64,000 nt of DNA from Octopus sinensis (lineage: Eukaryota): contig NC_042997.1 of NCBI RefSeq assembly GCF_006345805.1, forward strand, positions 72,106,001 to 72,170,000. The letters are read 5' to 3'. The notes beneath the pieces are model-generated. The model had not been told where the DNA came from. It saw only the letters and a program-made list of their open reading frames with translations, and searched no databases. Both the position numbers and the translations under genes were made by a program. Each line of letters opens with the position of its first letter. The stretch's first letter is position 1. This document shows, piece by piece, positions 12,442 to 24,849 of the stretch.

Positions 12442-12793
12442 GTGTGTGTGTGTGTGTGTATGTGTGTGTGTGTGTGTATGTATGTATCTATATATGCATG
12501 CATGTGTGTATATATGTATATACGCATGTGTATGTGTATGTGAATGGATACATATATAAATATATATATACATATATGTATATGTGTGTGTAGATACATG
12601 TGCGTATCTACACGCATCTTTATGTATGTGTGTGTATATGTATGTATACATGTATGTATGTGCATGTGTATATATATATATGTATATATATGTATGTATG
12701 TATGTATATATGTATGTATGTATATATGTATTATGTATACCAGAGGCGACTCCAGGTCATCAGCGTCATTTAGGCTCATCACAGATTTCACAT
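11631..12793. repeat. ~360-bp inverted duplication (11631-11989 / ~12429-12793) enclosing a SINE and (TA)n
   Basis: gtgaaatctgtgatgagcctaaatgacgctgatgacctggagtcgcctctggtatac and the following microsatellite pattern recur reverse-complemented. Confidence 0.92.
11990..12357 (-). mobile_element. tRNA-derived octopus-type SINE (family B), near full length
   Basis: head aggcgcaggagtggctgtgtggtaagtagcttgc..ggttcagtcccactgcgtggc; body ..atggccgcagtcaaatgactgaaacaagtaaaag. Confidence 0.9.
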
Positions 12794-12819
12794 ATACATA
12801 TACACACATCTAGATTGTA

Positions 12820-13160
12820 AAGTTACGTTTCTAAATGTTATTCGGATCTTCTTTTAGTATATAAGGTTTTAACACACGAAATCCGAGTTGTAGGTGTTAG
12901 GTTTGCATTAGTTAGGTGTGGTTTAGATCGTTGTATGTGAATGTGCTTAGCTGTATGCAGAAACTTGGGTAATTACTCCTTTGTTAACTATATTGAGAGT
13001 GGCTCTTCGGAACATAGCTGGCATTTACGAGATAATGTATTATAGGGACTCGTATGTCTGATTATCAATATACCTGAAGAGACCTTGACTGATGGGTTGA
13101 AACAAATGTTGTACCTAATAAAAGTCTAATATGAAATCCATCTCCTACTAATAATACTAT
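12820..13160 (+). mobile_element. PLE terminal-repeat (pLTR)-like fragment with hammerhead and AATAAA
   Basis: hammerhead motif 13071-13113 followed by aataaa and (TA)n. Confidence 0.6.
13071..13113 (+). ncRNA. minimal type I hammerhead ribozyme motif
   Basis: stem I TAC/GTA; CTGAAGA; stem II GACC/GGTT; GAAA; stem III AC-aaat-GT; cleavage triplet GTT. Confidence 0.65.
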
Positions 13161-13209
13161 ATGTGTGTGCGTTTTTATGTGTATATGTATATATATATAT
13201 ATGTATATA

Positions 13210-13285
<76 letters not shown>

Positions 13286-13291
13286 GTATAT

Positions 13292-13336
<45 letters not shown>

Positions 13337-13997
13337 CTGGGATGGCTTGTGTATTTTACCCTACTCCACTCACAATAACATTCTAGTTTTGCGACTGGGG
13401 AAAATATTCTATATGTATATGTAGTTATATCTGCTCATTAGAGCGTATTAGTTCTCTAATTCACAAAGTTTAGCTACCAAGGCTTTAATTTCATATCGCT
13501 TATCATACACAGTAGATTTGTAACTGAATTATTATGCTATAATAGAAGAATGAGAAAATGCTTTGATGATGATTTTGTGTCTATAAGGCGGTGGGGCTTT
13601 ATTCATCGAAAGAAAAGAATATATTAAACATCAGGATGAATTCAAACAGGTTGACATCCTGGGCAGATTGAGTCATTAATGTGTAAACTTGACGAGCCAA
13701 AACTCCACCACCGCTAGAACTGCTACGCACTTTGTGAAGCAATTTAATTTCCAATAATTCAACCAATTTGAATATGAGTAGGATTTGATTGAGATTCGGC
13801 TGCTGTTTCGAACATCGGACCATAGCTTAGTGGCTAGATTTTTCTTTTAGGCGCTTATATGCTATAATAAATGGGAATTAAACTTCAACATGCATTACTT
13901 ACTGCATGGTACAGTTTTAAGAGCAGGTAATATAAGAAGGCATATTTTGAAAGACACTGCGCAAATTAACTTCAATAAAAATATCTTCCTCTCTGCA

Positions 13998-14340
13998 AGG
14001 CGCAGGCTGTGCGATTAGGAAGTAGGCTTTGCAACCACCTGGTTTATAATTCAGTCTCACTGTGCATCAACTTCAGCAAATGAGTTGTGCTATAGCCCCT
14101 GTCCTTCTGAGTGAATTCTAATAGACGGAAACTGTGTGGAAACTTTCTGTGTATGTGTGTGCGTGTGTGTGTGTCTTTGTGCCTGTTTGTGTCCCCACCC
14201 TACTTGACAACCGGTATTGATTTGTTTAAGATTCTGCAAAAGGGAGCGATAGAATAAGTACCAGATTTTTAAAAAAAAAGTCCCGGGACCATTTGTTTAA
14301 CTAAAAAAACGGTGCTCCTGAATGGTTGAAACATGGAAAA
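13998..14340 (+). mobile_element. family B SINE, diverged
   Basis: aggcgcaggctgtg..ttcagtctcactg..gctatagccc..tagacggaaactg..gatagaataagtacca. Confidence 0.7.
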
Positions 14341-14369
14341 GGTAAAAATACTACAAAATTGTTCGTCCT

Positions 14370-16440
14370 TTATGACGTTCATAGACCTAATTATTAGTTA
14401 GTGATCCCATTAATCAAGTATGTCATTAGAGGCTCCACTGAAGAGCAGTTTTATCATAGAAAAAGGCAACTTGCTTCATGGAGAGAGCTTCTGAGGATTG
14501 GAAAGAGGGCGGACAAAAGTAACGCCAAGTCATCTGCAAACCCAAATCCATCAGTCTATCCAGTCCCCACGATTTTCCAAAACTGGAGTTATCCATATCA
14601 TCACCCATGATGAAGACAATCATCACCAGGAAAAGTAACGGCGACAAAATGCAACCCTATCTCACTCCGGTAGCAATTTCGAACATATCGGTGATTCCTC
14701 TGCTCGTCTTCATGCAATACGGTGAACCTTTGTACAAAGACTTAAAGATGTTGATATATGTGCTCGGGACCAAATAGATTCTTAAGATATTCCAGGTCGC
14801 ATCATGGTGAACACTGTTAAATGCTTTTTTAAAGTCGATAGCTGCACTTTATGTTCTCTTCCTTGCTCGATTATATTGCCCAACACGAAAACCTATTCCA
14901 CACAGGACATGCTACTCCGAAAACCTGCCTGCTCTCCTTTCAATGCAGTATCAATCTGCTTCTTTAATCTATTCAGCAAGACACTGCAAAGAACTTTGCC
15001 AAACACGGATAGCAGTAATACTACGCCAGTTGTTACAGTCCGTAAGATTGCATGGAAAGGTGGTCCCACTACCCTATTCTTGGGTAGCGGGACCACATTT
15101 CTATGCATCCTTCCATCTGGCAGATCTCACTGCTTCCAAACAAAGTTAAACAAATGTCAGACATTGTACAACTGTTCCCCGCCATGCTTAAACAGTTCGG
15201 CAGGTATCTCATCCATGACAACTGCTTTGTTGATCTTCAACCTGCTTATTGCTTTATCCACTTCTGCTGTTGTATCAGCCATGTTGATGTTCATTTCATT
15301 TATGATTGGTTCGTTGCCCATATCAAAGATAATTGCTGTAATTGGCTGATTGAAAACTTCAAGGAAATGCTCATTCCAGCGCGTTGCTTTTTGCTCTTCC
15401 GTTGTAAGAACTTAACCATCCATAGCCTTTATCAGTACATTGAAATTATTCCTTACACTTGTTAACTCGCACACGATCTTATATAATGTTCTTTAGTCGT
15501 TTCTCTTTATAAGTTCTTGAGCTTCTAAACCATTCTTTTCTAGCCACTGCTGCTTTTCTCATCTGTACATTTTCTTCAGTTCCCGACGAATTCTCCGGTT
15601 GTCTTCATCGTAGAGCTTCCACTGGTTAGGTTAGACTTGTTTAATAATTCTTTGATTTGGCCTGCCTCCTTTCATCGATACAAGACTATGTCTCTGCTGT
15701 AATCCACCTTTCTTTGTTGGAATCTTTTCTCTTGTCTTAGGTGACACTTGCACTTTTTATTGCAGTCTGTTGAAACAGCTTCTACTGCTCCTTATTTTCG
15801 TTAATATGACGCAGTGCTTCAGGTTTGTTACTTCAAGTTTCTTCGATCTGATAGCTTTGATGTTTTCCCAAGTTTTTGAGTTTCACTATCTCAAAAAGTT
15901 TGTTTTCCTTGACCACTTTTGTTCTTTTCTACTTTCGCCGGACTCCTTCGACAAGATTGTAGTTCGATACAGCGTCTGCCACCTCCCCCTGTAACTTCGA
16001 ATACCCAGCAACGATGGTCGCCATCGTCTGTTATTGCAGATGTAGTCAGACTCATTTTTGGTCGCACCATCCGGGAAGGTCCACATTATCTTGTGAATAT
16101 TCTTGTGTTGAAAGGTGTTCCCCACAGCTTTGGTGTCCTGTGGTACCAATCAGCGGTACTATTCTTTCTCCATTGTTGCTGGTCTCATTAGCACAACCAT
16201 GAAGTCCTACCACAACTGGAATACCCCAGTTGTTAGAATCCAATTGTACCTTGAAATTGCCAATGACAAACTTGAGGTCGAAATTCGGTTTTCCGTTAAG
16301 CAACTCCTGGAAGCGGTCATAGAAGTTATTTTGTTTATTGCATCATGCAGCTTCTGCTTCAATTGGCGCATAAACCTGAACTACAATAACTTTCTCGAGT
16401 CTGATTTAGAACCGTACTATTATAATCCGCCCATTTGGCT
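14370..16440 (-). mobile_element. RTE-clade LINE, degraded APE + RT
   Basis: FVIGNFKVQLDSNN (GDFNA), NTFQHKNIHKIMWTFPDGATKNESDYIC, LLSVFGKVLCSVLLNRLKKQID..EQAGFRSSMSC. Confidence 0.85.
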
Positions 16441-16577
16441 TCCAGCCAACCAATGCTGCCGTCGGCTATGTGTTCAAACTAATGCCAACTCCATATGTAT
16501 GCTGGTCCTCTATGCCAGAATATATATATTCAACGCGCGCACACACACACACACACGCACACACGCACGCACGCACT

Positions 16578-16611
<34 letters not shown>

Positions 16612-16612
<1 letters not shown>

Positions 16613-16790
16613 GTACTCTTTTATTTTTTTCTTTTGCTTGTTTCAGACATTTGATTGCCGCCCTTAAGGAATTTTTAGTCGAACAAATCGACCCCAGGAC
16701 TTAATTCTTAATCCTGGTACTTATTCCATCGGTCTCTTTTGCCGAGCCGCAAGCGGTAATAGAGGGGATAGACACAGAAACAAGGACACA
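16612..16790 (-). mobile_element. family B SINE 3' fragment
   Basis: gtttcagacatttgattg..tttagtcgaacaaatcgaccccaggactta..tacttattccatcggtctcttttgccga. Confidence 0.75.
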
Positions 16791-16834
16791 CATATAGATA
16801 TATACATACGTACATACATACATGCATATATATA

Positions 16835-16889
<55 letters not shown>

Positions 16890-16890
<1 letters not shown>

Positions 16891-17116
16891 AAGGCAACTA
16901 CTGGGTAGCTACACATGCTAGAAATAGACGCTAAAAGGCTCTAGAACTACCTTATTTGTCACTTAGACACGGTCTGAAAGCGAGGGAAATGAAGAAAAAA
17001 GATCTTTTTTGTTCATTTCCCTCGTATTCAGCCTGTGCCTATGTGATAAATTAGGCAGTTTTAGAGTCATTTAGCATCTATTTCTAGCACGTGGAGCTAC
17101 CCAGTAGTTGCCCTTA
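16890..17116. mobile_element. palindromic MITE (~226 bp)
   Basis: aaggcaactactgggtagct..atgctagaaatag pairs with ctatttctagca..gagctacccagtagttgccctt; arms pair imperfectly up to central aaaaaagatctttttt. Confidence 0.8.
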
Positions 17117-17493
17117 TTAAAATTATCTTAATGTAAATTTGTGTGATGTCTCTCTGTCCATTACGTGTTTATGTTCGTTAACTCCTTCTAGACCTTTGGT
17201 GCAAGGACAACGAAACTCAAACCAGCAACTCCCCTATTCCCTAGGAATGTCCTAAGGGATCTATATTTTTAAGGGCCGCCTAATTAGAGCCCCACTGACC
17301 CCCTTATTTTTATTACATTTAACTCGCTTCTGTGCTTATTCATTAAACTATGGTCAGTATCAGTGCTTAGCACATTTGCGGAAATAAGTTTTATTACACA
17401 ACGGTAGAGGGCCGCGGAGCGGCCCAATAGTAGGGTCGAATGCCTCAATGGTGTTCTGCACTGGAGCTATATAGTTTTTACCCGTGATTATAA

Positions 17494-17534
<41 letters not shown>

Positions 17535-18426
17535 GGTGTTTATCCGTTTACAGATGTAATTATATAATCACATTCATTATGCACATACTAATTTTGAGTT
17601 TCAGTATAGAATATATCTAGGAGTTGGAGACAATTAATCTGTTAAAGAGACTACCGACATGGCATTTTTATTTATGATTCAATTTAGATAAGAACCTGAA
17701 GCATACTAAAACAGCTTTCTATCATTAGATTAGATTCCTCAGTTGGCGTTGGTGTACATCTAAGACCAAACTTATTTTGTTAGCGTTCAAGTCAAAATCT
17801 TTTGCAAAACGATCTTCTTACATCATACAATAAGTATTCTTCTATGAGCGGGCAACAATGTGGAGGATGTCCTTGACAGTTTGTGCGTTTTAATATGTAT
17901 GAGTGGTTATGTGTTTGTGTATGTTCCTGAAGACTGCTTGTATATTAAGTAATAAAATTGTTTTTCATATATCTCTAGCAGCCATGTTTATCATAATATC
18001 AATACAATCTCAGTAACCGTAAGAAATGATGTTTTTTTATTCCTTAATCCAGGGGTTCTTAAAGAGTTTGCATTGAGCTTTAAACTAATTAAACAAAAGA
18101 TGGGTTTTTGCGTGTTCAAACTGCTCGTGTCACCCCTGCTGTTGAACTCCAAAGCGATATCTAACGTATGACACCTTACATCTGTCTATCTCACATGCTG
18201 ATATACACATACTCATTCGTTGTATTTATCCTCTCTGTCTGCCTGGGCATGCATGTTTCATTCCTTAATTTTCACTGCATTTAGCGATAACTTTTTCACT
18301 CCTGCTCTCCAATGACTTACTATTACTATTTCAATTCTCCTTTCTTTAGCATCCTCTATATTCCACTTCATTTACACATTCTGTCGCACTGTGGCATTTC
18401 TTTCATTTTTTTTTCTATCCACTCAG

Positions 18427-18461
18427 ATATGTCACCATGAAGCACGAAGTCTGAGAAATTG
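18427..18461 (+). CDS. possible short host exon ICHHEARSLRN(W)
   Basis: long pyrimidine tract + cAG at 18424-18426, TG|GTATAG donor; unidentified. Confidence 0.2.
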
Positions 18462-18908
18462 GTATAGTACAGACATGGCTATTCAATGATTTTAATCTAT
18501 CATATCTTTCAGAGATATCGGCAAGAAGACATTTTTATCAAATGTCAATGAAGAATGACAGCATTTTTGTCTCACTTCACGATAAACATACATGCATACA
18601 TACATACGCACACACATACACACATGCATATATATATATATCCTTGCATATACATATGTCTATAAATAAATATATATATATATATACATACATACATACA
18701 TACATACATACATAAATACATACATACATACATACATACATACATACATACATAAATACATACATACATACATACATACATACATACACAGACACACGCA
18801 CGCACATATACACACACACCTACGTATGCTTGCGCATATGTTTTTGTCAATGTCTGTATGCCTGATGTAAATGCATGAAGGTATATATGACTGCACGCGC
18901 TTACGTAC

Positions 18909-21382
18909 GTGTGTGTGTGTGTGTGTGTTTATTTACAAGGCTTCTGAGTTCAAGTGATTTTGAATACAAAGTTGATTCACACGCACGCATTTAATAAACT
19001 CATTTTTATAGATGTTGTGCAAATGAATTGGATGGGTAAACAACCGGGCTACTTCTTTCGAAGTAGTTGAGGAAAATTCCACAAGTTTATATGGAGCGGT
19101 AGGATTCCAATTGGTCAACGGCGATATAGTTTCAGTTCTCGATTGCAACATTTAACTTCACTTATTTCTCTGAACTTTAAAAGCTCAGTGTAGGTTTGTA
19201 AGTTCAGCAAGGAATAGGCTCAGCCGGGTTGTTTTACCTTGACATATTGCATCAACAGTACTGACCTAAAGCCCCTTGAAGCCGGTATTTTAGTATCATA
19301 TTATAGTATATATATTATATTATGTTTATATTAGTATCTATATTAGGCAGTAATTTGTTGGAGGTATTTTCTTTTAAATGAATAAAAAGAGTTTTGAAAA
19401 AACTGTATATTTCCTCTTGAGTTAATTACACTTATATAAATAAGTTATTTCCATATAATGCCTCATGAATTAAATTTTTTTTTAGATGACTGAAATAATA
19501 AAATCAATGAATGAAAAACAATATAATTTTAAAAAGGAACGGCTGTGGAATTCTATCCTAGGGTGTGGCTTGCAAGAAAACTAATTTTTTAATCGATTAC
19601 TTCTCATTTAGCATTGTTTTAAACATTCGCCTATCCATAGCATTTTCGTAATTTTGTCCTAAACGCCTATGTTAGTTTTCAGACTTTTAGTTAACCCTTG
19701 TTTCATACATTCTGGGAATATGTAATATATAAGATGCATGGAAGCCTTGGAAATATGTTCTTTTTTTAACTTGTGATACAAAGGACGGGCAAAAAAAAGT
19801 TAATCTAGGGATCAAAAGAGCAGCACTGTTGTTCACAGTGGAGGCCAGAAATCAGTCTAATTTTGGCCTTGCTTTCAAAAGTTGAAATATATTGGGGACT
19901 ATGACAGTTGCACAGGTTTCATTTCCATATAGTACACCGAGACAAATCGACTTGGCAAAGATCCCTTCTTGGTAGTTAATCCAATCGACGTGGTACGAAG
20001 AGAGCATACACAACTAGTCAGAATCTTGTCAACACTCTCTAGTCCATGCATACTTATACGGGTTTATACATGCAATAAATACGAACATGCATAATATACA
20101 ATATGTATACGTACATATATGAATTTGTATGTGTGTGTGTGTGTGTGTGTGTGTTTATTTACAAGGCTTCTGAGTTCAAGTGATTTTGAATACAAAGTTG
20201 ATTCACACGCACGCATTTAATAAACTCATTTTTATAGATGTTGTGCAAATGAATTGGATGGGTAAACAACCGGGCTACTTCTTTCGAAGTAGTTGAGGAA
20301 AATTCCACAAGTTTATATGGAGCGGTAGGATTCCAATTGGTCAACGGCGATATAGTTTCAGTTCTCGATTGCAACATTTAACTTCACTTATTTCTCTGAA
20401 CTTTAAAAGCTCAGTGTAGGTTTGTAAGTTCAGCAAGGAATAGGCTCAGCCGGGTTGTTTTACCCTTGACATATTGCATCAACAGTACTGACCTAAAGCC
20501 CCTTGAAGCCGGTATTTTAGTATCATATTATAGTATATATATTATATTATGTTTATATTAGTATCTATATTAGGCAGTAATTTGTTGGAGGTATTTTCTT
20601 TTAAATGAATAAAAAGAGTTTTGAAAAAACTGTATATTTCCTCTTGAGTTAATTACACTTATATAAATAAGTTATTTCCATATAATGCCTCATGAATTAA
20701 ATTTTTTTTTAGATGACTGAAATAAATAAAATCAATGAATGAAAAACAATATAATTTTAAAAAGGAACGGCTGTGGAATTCTATCCTAGGGTGTGGCTTG
20801 CAAGAAAACTAATTTTTTAATCGATTACTTCTCATTTAGCATTGTTTTAAACATTCGCCTATCCATAGCATTTTCGTAATTTTGTCCTAAACGCCTATGT
20901 TAGTTTTCAGACTTTTAGTTAACCCTTGTTTCATACATTCTGGGAATATGTAATATATAAGATGCATGGAAGCCTTGGAAATATGTTCTTTTTTTAACTT
21001 GTGATACAAAGGACGGGCAAAAAAAAGTTAATCTAGGGATCAAAAGAGCAGCACTGTTGTTCACAGTGGAGGCCAGAAATCAGTCTAATTTTGGCCTTGC
21101 TTTCAAAAGTTGAAATATATTGGGGACTATGACAGTTGCACAGGTTTCATTTCCATATAGTACACCGAGACAAATCGACTTGGCAAAGATCCCTTCTTGG
21201 TAGTTAATCCAATCGACGTGGTACGAAGAGAGCATACACAACTAGTCAGAATCTTGTCAACACTCTCTAGTCCATGCATACTTATACGGGTTTATACATG
21301 CAATAAATACGAACATGCATAATATACAATATGTATACGTACATATATGAATTTGTATGTGTGTGTGTGTGTGTGTGTGTGT
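18909..21382. repeat. near-identical 1226-bp tandem duplication bounded by three (GT)n tracts
   Basis: identical ORFs 18933-19151 and 20159-20377 offset 1226; (GT)n at ~18909, ~20131, ~21359; differences seen are 1-bp indels. Confidence 0.97.
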
Positions 21383-21412
21383 AATGAAATATTGTGTGCG
21401 TGTGTATATGTA

Positions 21413-22540
21413 TAGAGGTTGGACAAAATAATGGAAACACCTAGCATCATAGCATCATAATTATGAAATATCTACAAAACAGTCAAAAGTTTGTTTATTT
21501 TCATGTTTTTTATTTATTATTAGTGTTGCTAAATATGTTTTGCTAAAATTGCTGTTTCTTTTCAGATATCATCAGCAAAAGGTAATTAAAATTCATTAAA
21601 ATGAATTGTTGGTGCTCGTATGCAGGCGCTAGCGTAGCGAAAATAGCTGAAATGTTTAGCGTATCAAGAAAGTAATGTAGCCTTTGAGAAAGAGGGAAAA
21701 ACTTCCTTGTCGAAACAAAACTCCGGAAGAAAACCAAAACTTTCAGATAGGGACCATCGGAATCTTATGCGAATTGCTAGAAAGGATCATAAAAGAACAG
21801 CTCCCCAAAATACTGCGAGCTTAATAACCACCTCGAGAACCCAGTTTCCACGAAGCGTTTAGAGTAGAGTAAAAACCTACAGAATTGGTGGAAGAATGTT
21901 ATTTTCTCGAACGAGTCATCCTTTACCTTATTTCCGACTACCGACGGAATATACGTGGGGAAACAGCCAAAAGAAGCATTTGACCCAGACTGCCTTCTTC
22001 CAAGGGTTAAGCATGGGGGAGAATCCGTGATGATCTGGGGGGGTTATATCTTGGAAATCCGCCGGCCCAAAGGTTTCCCGTCAATACAGAATTAATAGTC
22101 AAGACTATTTAAGCATTTTATCTTATCGAATTCATCCCAAGCTTGCTGAACTGTTTCCGGAGGGAAACGCAATCTTTCATGATGATAACGCACCCATTCA
22201 CACAGCTAAAGTTGTTACTGAATAGCACGAGGAACATTCCGGTGAAGTTGAACATCTTATCTGACCAAAACAGTCTCCAGATCTCAATATTATTGAACAT
22301 TTATGGTACATTTTAGAAAAACAAGTAAGGCCTCGATATCCTCCACCATCATCACTACAAGAACTGGAGACTGTTTTAGATGAAGAATGGACAAAATTCC
22401 TTTGGAAACAATTCAAACTTTGTACGAGCCCATACCTCATAAAATTCAAGCTGTAATTACTGCCAAAGGCGGTCCTACTGCATATTAATATAAATTTGTT
22501 TGAAATTTTAAGGTGTTTCCATCATTTTGTCCAACCCCTG
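21413..22540 (+). mobile_element. Tc1-like DNA transposon, internally deleted, TIRs intact
   Basis: 30-bp TIRs (tagaggttggacaaaataatggaaacacct / aggtgtttccatcattttgtccaacccctg), TA TSD; IFHDDNAPIHTAKVV..QSPDLNIIEHLW. Confidence 0.92.
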
Positions 22541-22554
22541 TATTTATATATGTA

Positions 22555-23042
22555 CAGTAATCACTCACCATATCGCGGTTCACCTATCACGCCCTCAGTA
22601 CATCGGGGTTTTTTATGGCTAATATATGTAAATTTATATCGCAGACTCCTCAGTATATCGCGGGTTTCTGCAGTCGATAGGTATTTATATTGTTTTAGAT
22701 TCTAATTATTTCTGTGGTACAATAAGCATTTTCACGCCTAAAAATTAATGAATTAATAAATGAAAATACAGTACATTGTATAACACATAAGTTAAAATAC
22801 ATTAAAATAAAATACGTAGTGTACCGTAGATGAGTAAACGAAGAATTGCACATACTGTATGGAATACGAAACTCGGGTGGCAAGTGTGTGGTGTTGTTTT
22901 ACATTATAATGAAATAAATATATACAAATTATAAAAATACTATAAAAACTTATACAGTAGTGTTTCTACTTCGCAGATTTTCACCTCGACTATTGCGGGT
23001 GTTACGTTCCACCCCACCACGGCGATAGTCGAGGGATTACTG
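22555..23042. mobile_element. pogo/Tigger-like non-autonomous element
   Basis: TA|cagtaatcactcaccatatcgcg ... ggcgatagtcgagggattactg|TA imperfect TIRs. Confidence 0.7.
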
Positions 23043-23725
23043 TACATATGTTTCTATACAGAATGCTTCAAGCGAACTACAATACTCTCCTATCTCTACG
23101 CCTGGGCCAGGCCGAGTTCGCAACTGCTAGGGAGTTAATCAAGCTATCGCAAAAACGCTAAAACTGCGTTGACCAAGAGAAGAAACGCCTCAAACTTAAA
23201 TTCATGTGGCTTCGTAGCAAATACCGACACAACCCGACCTATTATCCCGACACAGATGAACAGGACACGTCCACCGAACAGGAAAACACTACTATAGAGG
23301 ACGCCATGAAGAACTAGAACTTTTCCCTAAATTATTCTTGAGCCAGCAGCAGAGCAAGAAAATCTTACTCGACTTGGAAGCTAGCTTTTGTTGAATAGCC
23401 TACCAACTCAAATGGCTATCGGTAATATAAAGAACAACAACAACACACTCAGCAAATTTCCCACGTACCAACTGGACCCTCCATGTTTGCTTCCATTCGG
23501 TTTCCTTGTATGTCTCTACTGTCATTTTTTTGTTCCCAACTTTGACCCTCCATAAATGCTAAATTTTATTTTAGAATTTATGGGAACAACGGATCAGAGC
23601 CGTTTGGCGTCTATGTCATTAGTGCCCTTACTAAAATTATATTTATATAATTATATATTTGTATTAATTTTTACCTGTACGGTTTATTACATGCTGGCTA
23701 CTTGATAAAAGTTATATAGATTATA

Positions 23726-23781
<56 letters not shown>

Positions 23782-24157
23782 TAAGAGAGTGGTCATTATA
23801 TTGCTCACTTAGCACCAGTTAATCCAAAAGGTTTCAACCACGAAAATACATGTTCCCATGAAAGCCAGTACGACTGTTAGCTCACACGGACAGGGCAGGT
23901 AAAAATAACAAAAATACAGATTATTTTGGGACAATGTTTCGCTATTATGAATTAAATGTAATATTACTTAATATTACATTTAATTCATTAATAGCGAAAC
24001 AATTGTCCCAAAATAATCTGTATTTTTGTTATTTTTTACCTGCCCTGTCCGTGTGAGCTAACAGTCGTACTGGCTTTCATGGGAAACATGTATTTTCGTG
24101 GTTGAAACCTTTTGGATTAACTGGTGCTAGAGTGAGCAAATAATGACCACTCTCTTA
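23782..24157. repeat. 376-bp near-perfect palindrome (head-to-head PLE-like termini)
   Basis: arms ~186 bp, 2-nt spacer at 23967-23968; right arm has GC-GAAA-CAATTG-TC (3' half of a hammerhead). Confidence 0.93.
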
Positions 24158-24291
24158 ATTTATTTTGTAAAAATATTTATATGTTATAAATATTATAATA
24201 ATCCAGGTTTCTCGTAGCACTAGGCCACTTGGTTTGAATAAATATACTATAAATTAGTATCTAATTCTCTCACCCTTATTAATTAAATATA

Positions 24292-24373
<82 letters not shown>

Positions 24374-24374
<1 letters not shown>

Positions 24375-24518
24375 TCTTTACTCTTTACTCTTTTACTTGT
24401 TTCAGTCATTTGACTGCGGCCATGCTGGAGCACCGCCTTTAGTCAAGCAAATCGACCACGGGACTTATTCTTTGTAAGCCCAGTACTTATTCTATCGGTC
24501 TCCTTTGCCGAACCGCTA
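24374..24518 (-). mobile_element. family B SINE 3' fragment
   Basis: ttttacttgtttcagtcatttgactgcggccatgctggagcaccgcctttagtc.. Confidence 0.85.
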
Positions 24519-24627
24519 TATGTCATTATTCAGTTTATTTCAAGGTTTCTTGCCAACAGAGAAAGAATCGGTTTCTAACCTAAATCCAAGGCTCCTACAT
24601 TGGAATTTCAACTTCAACAACAGGGTA

Positions 24628-24822
24628 TTTTTGTATGTATGTATGTATGTATGTATGTATGTATGTATGTATGTATGTATGTATGTATGTATGTATGCAT
24701 GTATGTATGTATGTATGTATGCATGTATGTATGTATGTATGTATGTATGTATGTATGTATGTATGTATGTATGTATGTATGTATGTATGCATGTATGTAT
24801 GTATGTGTGTATGTATGTATGT
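24628..24822. repeat. (ATGT)n tetranucleotide array
   Basis: direct reading. Confidence 0.97.
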
Positions 24823-24849
24823 GCATATTTGAATGTTTAATGTATGTAT

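Noticed and set aside
17925-17962. CTGAAGA-ctgctt..aagtaa-TAAA hammerhead
   Set aside because: GAAA and stems too degenerate to support
19010-19100. Exon inside the 1226-bp duplication
   Set aside because: AG/GT sites exist but all plus frames stop; nearby sequence contains a decayed RTE-like VLYGNET motif
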